Assembly: GCF_006345805.1 (NCBI RefSeq)
Contig: NW_021824558.1
Coordinates: 1 to 18,145, forward strand
DNA length: 18,145 bases
From: Octopus sinensis
Taxonomy: Eukaryota
Direction of reading: 5' to 3'
Shown: positions 18,077 through 18,145 of the stretch, piece by piece
Layout: every line of letters starts with the position of its first letter
How positions within the stretch are numbered: position 1 is the first letter of the stretch
Notes under the pieces: generated by a model
Seen by the model: the letters and a program-made list of their open reading frames with translations, nothing else
Told to the model about the DNA's origin: nothing
Databases searched by the model: none
Made by a program: the position numbers and the translations under genes

Positions 18077-18145
18077 GCAGGTATTGTCTGTGCGTCCTTC
18101 ACATTGTCTTTACCTCCCACTCGTTCTATTCGTCTCAACCATCTT

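Noticed and set aside
18077-18145. Possible plus-strand exon start after TATCTAGCAG
   Set aside because: Only about 65 nt are visible at the window edge, and the acceptor context is microsatellite.
1-18145. CRISPR array, rRNA or prokaryotic operon
   Set aside because: No equal-length repeat-spacer series, no rRNA motifs and no gene-dense coding; the repeats are SINEs and microsatellites.

Overview
AT-rich, repeat-saturated eukaryotic non-coding DNA with no intact protein-coding gene. The tRNA-derived SINE families and dense (AT)n/(TACA)n/(GA)n/(CTAT)n microsatellites suggest an Octopus/cephalopod genome; this is inferred from recalled repeat families, not from a database search. Solid features: about 15 copies or fragments of four SINE families (labelled A-D here); a 5'-truncated CR1-like LINE RT on the minus strand (5793-7063) with one in-frame stop, which appears to have inserted inside the start codon of a mariner transposase remnant; and a ~410-bp-arm foldback inverted duplication (7478-8356). 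The most interesting signal is a 1.1-kb cluster (765-1814) of hammerhead-ribozyme-like motifs of the minimal type I, palindromic-stem-III kind known from Penelope-like elements, set between (TA)n tracts. Also seen: a 47-nt minus-strand micro-exon candidate (3503-3549), nine ATCRAT motifs in 123 bp (12777-12899), and a structured insert in a SINE-internal (TA)n. All folds and alignments were done by eye. Apart from the RT and mariner frames, no ORF in the track has recognisable protein similarity; most are low-complexity or repeat artefacts.
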